This document shows, in pieces, positions 60,122 to 64,000 of a stretch of 64,000 bases of DNA. The notes under the pieces are model-generated. The model saw nothing but the letters and a program-made list of their open reading frames with translations. It had not been told where the DNA came from and did not search any database. Within the stretch, counting starts at the first letter, position 1, and each line of letters starts with the position of its first letter. The translations under genes and the position numbers were made by a program. Source of the DNA: an uncultured Candidatus Rokubacteria bacterium (lineage in GTDB: Bacteria; Methylomirabilota; Methylomirabilia; Rokubacteriales; DASRDR01); contig CAVPSB010000023.1 in assembly GCA_963708025.1 (NCBI GenBank), positions 1 through 64,000 on the forward strand, in the 5' to 3' direction.

Positions 60122-62053
60122 GTGTCGCCTTCGACGCCGCGTCGCGTCTTCTATCTCACCACCCCCATCTACTACGTCAACGCGACACCCCACCTCGGCC
60201 ACGCTTACACGACGATCGTCGCCGACGCCATGGCCCGGTATCATCGCCTGTCCGGCGACGACGTCTGGCTCCTGACGGGGACCGACGAGCACGGGGACAA
60301 GATCGCCCAGGCCGCCGCCAAGGCGGGGGTCTCGCCCCAGTCCTACACGGACCGGATCTCGGCCGCCTTCCGCGAGACGTGGCAGCGCCTCGGCATCACC
60401 AACGACGACTTCATCCGCACGACCGAGCCGCGCCACCAGAAGGTCGTGCAGTCGGTGCTCCAGCGGCTCTGGGACGCCGGTGAGATCTACTTCGGCAAGT
60501 ACGGCGGCCACTATTGCTTCGGCTGCGAGCGCTTCTACACCGAGAAGGAGATCGTCGACGGGAAGTGCCCCGACCACCAGACGCCGCTGACCTGGATCGA
60601 GGAGGAGAACTACTTCTTCCGGATGTCCAAGTACCAGGAGTGGCTGGTCGGCTACATCCAGGAGCACCCGGACGCAATCCGGCCCGAGCGGTACCGGAAC
60701 GAGATCCTGGGCTTCCTGCGGGAGCCGCTCCAGGACCTGTCGATCAGCCGGCCCCGGACCCGGCTCGAGTGGGGGATCCCGCTGCCGTTCGACGACCGGT
60801 TCGTCACCTACGTCTGGTTCGACGCCCTGCTCAACTACGTCTCGGCCCTCGGCGACATCGGGAGCGCGCGATACGAGAAGTACTGGCCCCACGCCCAGCA
60901 CCTGATCGGCAAGGACATCCTCAAGCCCCACGGGGTCTACTGGCCGTGCATGCTGAAGGCCGCCGGCATCTCCGTCTTCCGGCACCTCAACGTCCACGGG
61001 TACTGGAACATCGGCGGCGGCAAGATGTCGAAGTCGGTGGGCAACGTGGTCGAGGCCCTCGCGCTGACCGACAAGTACGGCCACGACGCCTTCCGCTACT
61101 TCCTGATGCGCGAGATGACGTTCGGACTGGACGCGAACTTCTCCGAGGAGGCGCTCGTCGACCGGCTCAACGCCGACCTGGCCAACGACCTCGGGAACCT
61201 CGTGAGCCGGGCGACCGCCCTGATCGTCGGCTTCGGCCAGGGAAGGATCCCCCAGCCGCGCTCGGCCGCGGCCGGCCAGGGTCCGGTGGTCGCCGCGTGG
61301 GCGACCGCGCGACAGCAGCTCCAGGGCGCGATGGAGGATTTCGCGTTCCAGCGGGCGCTCGGCGCCGTGTGGGAGTTCATCGCCGAGGTGAATCGCTTCG
61401 TCGACACGAGCCAGCCGTGGCAGCTCGCCAAGAGGAGCGCCACCGACGCCAAAGCCGGCGAGCAGCTCGAGGCGGTGCTGTACGCGCTGGGCGAGAGCCT
61501 GCGCCTTCTGGGCATCGTGCTGGACCCGTTCCTCCCCGAGGCCGCCGGGAAGATCCGGGGCGCGCTCGGTCAGACGGGTGAGCCGCGGCTCGCCGATGCG
61601 GAGTGGGGTCGACTGGCGTCCGGGACCACCGTCCGGAAGCTCTCGGGGCTCTTCCCTCGGGTCGAGGCCGGCCGGGCCTCCGGAGAGCCGCCGGTGGCCG
61701 CGCCTTCCGCGGGCGCCGTCGGGGATGCGCCGCGGGTGAGCATCGAGGAGTTCCGGCGCCTCGACCTCCGGGTCGCCGAGGTGCTGGCCGCCGAGCCGGT
61801 CCCGAAGTCCAAGAAGCTCCTGAAGCTCACCGTGAAGCTGGGCGACGAGACGCGGACGATCGTGGCGGGCATCGCCGAGCACTACCGGCCGGAGACCCTC
61901 CGGGGCCGGAAGGTCGTCGTCGTCGCCAACCTCGCGCCGGCGACGCTGATGGGCGTGGAGTCGAGCGGCATGGTCCTGGCGGGCTCCGAAGGGGAGACGC
62001 TCGCCCTGCTCACGCTGGATCGCGACTTGCCGACCGGCGCCAAAGTCCGCTAG
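60122..62053 (+). CDS. metG: Methionyl-tRNA synthetase
   Basis: TTPIYYVN..PHLGH, YVWFDAL, KMSKS motifs; C-terminal tRNA-binding domain. Confidence 0.97.
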   Translation: MSPSTPRRVFYLTTPIYYVNATPHLGHAYTTIVADAMARYHRLSGDDVWLLTGTDEHGDKIAQAAAKAGVSPQSYTDRISAAFRETWQRLGITNDDFIRTTEPRHQKVVQSVLQRLWDAGEIYFGKYGGHYCFGCERFYTEKEIVDGKCPDHQTPLTWIEEENYFFRMSKYQEWLVGYIQEHPDAIRPERYRNEILGFLREPLQDLSISRPRTRLEWGIPLPFDDRFVTYVWFDALLNYVSALGDIGSARYEKYWPHAQHLIGKDILKPHGVYWPCMLKAAGISVFRHLNVHGYWNIGGGKMSKSVGNVVEALALTDKYGHDAFRYFLMREMTFGLDANFSEEALVDRLNADLANDLGNLVSRATALIVGFGQGRIPQPRSAAAGQGPVVAAWATARQQLQGAMEDFAFQRALGAVWEFIAEVNRFVDTSQPWQLAKRSATDAKAGEQLEAVLYALGESLRLLGIVLDPFLPEAAGKIRGALGQTGEPRLADAEWGRLASGTTVRKLSGLFPRVEAGRASGEPPVAAPSAGAVGDAPRVSIEEFRRLDLRVAEVLAAEPVPKSKKLLKLTVKLGDETRTIVAGIAEHYRPETLRGRKVVVVANLAPATLMGVESSGMVLAGSEGETLALLTLDRDLPTGAKVR

Positions 62054-62059
62054 CGCCGT

Positions 62060-62211
62060 GCCGATACCCGTCGCATCCCGTCGTCCTCGATCCGGCCTTC
62101 GGCCTTTGGGGTCGTCGGCGGGCCTCGACGTATGCGGCATGCGCCCCGGCCCGCCTCCTCCCTGCGTCGGTCGGACGGCCTTCCGCCTGTGGGGGCTGCT
62201 CGGGTCTCGGC
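62060..62211 (+). repeat. Family B structured repeat, diverged copy 4
   Basis: GCCGA-T-ACCCG-TCGCATC ... TGCT-CGGGT-C-TCGGC. Confidence 0.72.
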
Positions 62212-62244
62212 CCGGCGCAGCTCGGTAAGTCTCGACCGGTCTTG

Positions 62245-63294
62245 ATGCGGGATCCTACCGCCCCGGCGTCCGATCCCTTCGTCCGCCGGCGCGAGTGGGC
62301 CGCGCTCGACGGGCCGGCGTGGCGGGCGTTCCTCACGCGCTGGGCGATCTCGGTCTGCTCGCTGGTCGGCGGCCTGGCCGCGCTGTTCGTCTTCCGCCGG
62401 GCTGTCCCTCACGTCGCCTGGATCGTCGGCTACGTGGTCGTGCTCTGGCTCCTCTTCACCGTGCGGACTCAGATGCGCGCCCGGCTCGAGTCCCGTCGGA
62501 GCCGCCTGGTGGCGGCGGCCGGCGACTACACGATCCAGACCCTCTACCACGGGCTCTTGCTCTTCGTGCTGCCCGGCTACCTGGCGAGCACGACCTTCGA
62601 CGGCCTCACCGTCGCGTTCTTCGTCCTGCTGGCCGCCGCCGCCCTCTTGACCACGGTCGATCCCTGGTACCGGGCGCTCGTCCACCCGTATCCCTGGTGC
62701 GGCCGCGCCCTCTTCGCCTTCTCCATCTTCGCCGGCCTCAACGTCGCGCTCCCGCTCGTCGGCATCTCGCCGGCCTGGGCCCTCCCCACCAGCGCCGCCG
62801 CCGCCGGGCTCGGGCTGGGGCCGGCCTTCGTCGAGCGGGCCGGCTCGTGGCTCGGCGCCATGGGCTACGCAGCCGGGTCCGCCCTCGCCGGCGCCGCGCT
62901 CGGCTGGCTCTGCCTGCCGGCCATCCCGCCGGCTCCGCTCCAGCTCGTCGCGCCGACCATGGCGCGGGCCGTCGCCAACCTGGACCCGGTGGAGCCGGTC
63001 GGGGGCCGGGTCTCCGTGGACACCCTCGCCACCTGGGGCGGCCTCGCGGCCTACACGCCGGTCGCCGCGCCGGCGGGCCTCCGGCAGCCCATCCTGCACC
63101 AGTGGCGTCACGACGGCCGGGTCGTCACGACGGTTCGGCTGCCGACGCCGGTGCTGGGCGGCCGCGCGGCGGGCTTCCGCACCCACTCGCGCAAGACCGA
63201 CTTCCCGCCGGATCCGCGCGGACGCTGGTCCGTCGACGTCGTCACGGCGTCGGGCCAGTTGATCGGCCGGGTGCGCTTCACCGTGGGGCCGTGA
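62245..63294 (+). CDS. Membrane protein with DUF2914-like C-terminal domain
   Basis: Multiple TM helices; HQW..DG, GGRAAGFRTHSRK, GRWSVDVVT.SGQLIGRVRF motifs. Confidence 0.72.
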   Translation: MRDPTAPASDPFVRRREWAALDGPAWRAFLTRWAISVCSLVGGLAALFVFRRAVPHVAWIVGYVVVLWLLFTVRTQMRARLESRRSRLVAAAGDYTIQTLYHGLLLFVLPGYLASTTFDGLTVAFFVLLAAAALLTTVDPWYRALVHPYPWCGRALFAFSIFAGLNVALPLVGISPAWALPTSAAAAGLGLGPAFVERAGSWLGAMGYAAGSALAGAALGWLCLPAIPPAPLQLVAPTMARAVANLDPVEPVGGRVSVDTLATWGGLAAYTPVAAPAGLRQPILHQWRHDGRVVTTVRLPTPVLGGRAAGFRTHSRKTDFPPDPRGRWSVDVVTASGQLIGRVRFTVGP

Positions 63295-63300
63295 GTCTGT

Positions 63301-63425
63301 TCGGGGGGGTCTCGGAAGACCCCCCCGATGCCCCCCCTTCGGAGGCCGCGGCAAGCCGCGGCTCGAAGTGGAACGCCATGGCCGCGAGGCTTGGAGGCAG
63401 CGCGTTGCGAGAAGCCAATGGGTGG
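63301..63425 (+). repeat. Family C hairpin repeat, copy 2
   Basis: First ~85 bp near-identical to the 31340 copy. Confidence 0.8.
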
Positions 63426-63517
63426 CGCGATGGGAGCCGCCCGGATGTGGTCGCCGACCTGAGAGCACATGGGCGGGAGGTCACGAACTGAAGAAGATGG
63501 AGCTTGCCGGCGGGAGT

Positions 63518-64000
63518 GTGCTGCTCGTCGATACGCACGCGCACCTCCACGATGCTGCGTTCGCGGAGGACCGGGCGGCCGTGCTCGCCCGGGCCCGGGC
63601 GGCCGGCGTCGCGCGGCTCTTGACCGTCGGCACCGACCCGGACGCGGCGCGCGCCGCCGTGGCCCTGGCCGCGGCCGAGCCGGACGTCTACGCGGCGGTC
63701 GGCATCCACCCCCACGACGCGGCGAAGGCGGACGCCGACGCCCTCGCGGTCATCGCGGCGCTGGCCCGTGCGCCCCGGGTGGTCGCCATCGGCGAGATCG
63801 GCCTCGACTACTACCGCAACCTCTCGCCGCCCGACGCCCAGCGGGACGCGCTGCGCGTGCAGCTCGCGCTGGCCCGCGAGGTCGGCAAGCCCGTGCTCCT
63901 CCACTGTCGGGAAGCGCACGCCGACCTGCTCGCCGTGCTGGCGGCGGAGGGGATCGGGCGGGCCGGCGGGATCATGCACTGCTTCTCGGGGGAGCTGGCG
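63518..64000 (+). CDS. tatD: TatD-family DNase (runs off the window end)
   Basis: DTHAHL, GIHPH, AIGEIGLDY, LLHCREA, IMHCFSG motifs. Confidence 0.92.
   Translation, partial: MLLVDTHAHLHDAAFAEDRAAVLARARAAGVARLLTVGTDPDAARAAVALAAAEPDVYAAVGIHPHDAAKADADALAVIAALARAPRVVAIGEIGLDYYRNLSPPDAQRDALRVQLALAREVGKPVLLHCREAHADLLAVLAAEGIGRAGGIMHCFSGELA

Overview
Very GC-rich bacterial chromosomal window. Gene style and content suggest Ca. Rokubacteria/Methylomirabilota, but that is inference and was not checked. It is mostly housekeeping and metabolic genes: an ABC substrate-binding protein, a divergent ureABC-like amidohydrolase with no accessory genes nearby, D-aminoacylase, ndh, glcDEF, moaB, htrA, a rhodanese-MoeB, a polysaccharide cluster (4 GT4, flippase, WcaJ-like transferase, rfbAB), an HD hydrolase, gcdH, trmI, an NCS2 permease, ppiD, purM, a lower-GC AbiE-type toxin-antitoxin islet, a collapsed MarR-RND locus, greA, rlpA, a solo DGQHR protein, typA, a cyclophilin, a nested tungstate/molybdate uptake cluster with its regulator, moaC, acuC, and tmk-holB-ricT-metG-tatD. 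Signals not shown by the ORF track: (1) the MoeB 'stop' is an in-frame UGA at a conserved Cys followed by a SECIS-like hairpin, so it is probably a selenoprotein; (2) an orphan sigma54 promoter with tandem upstream sites and a terminator defines an unannotated ~130-nt RNA; (3) the urease-like enzyme keeps its metal ligands but has a remodelled substrate pocket; (4) several intergenic repeat families, one with compensatory base changes and one that supplies ribosome-binding sites and coding sequence. Several short frameshifts look like sequencing or assembly errors. No rRNA, tRNA or CRISPR array was seen.
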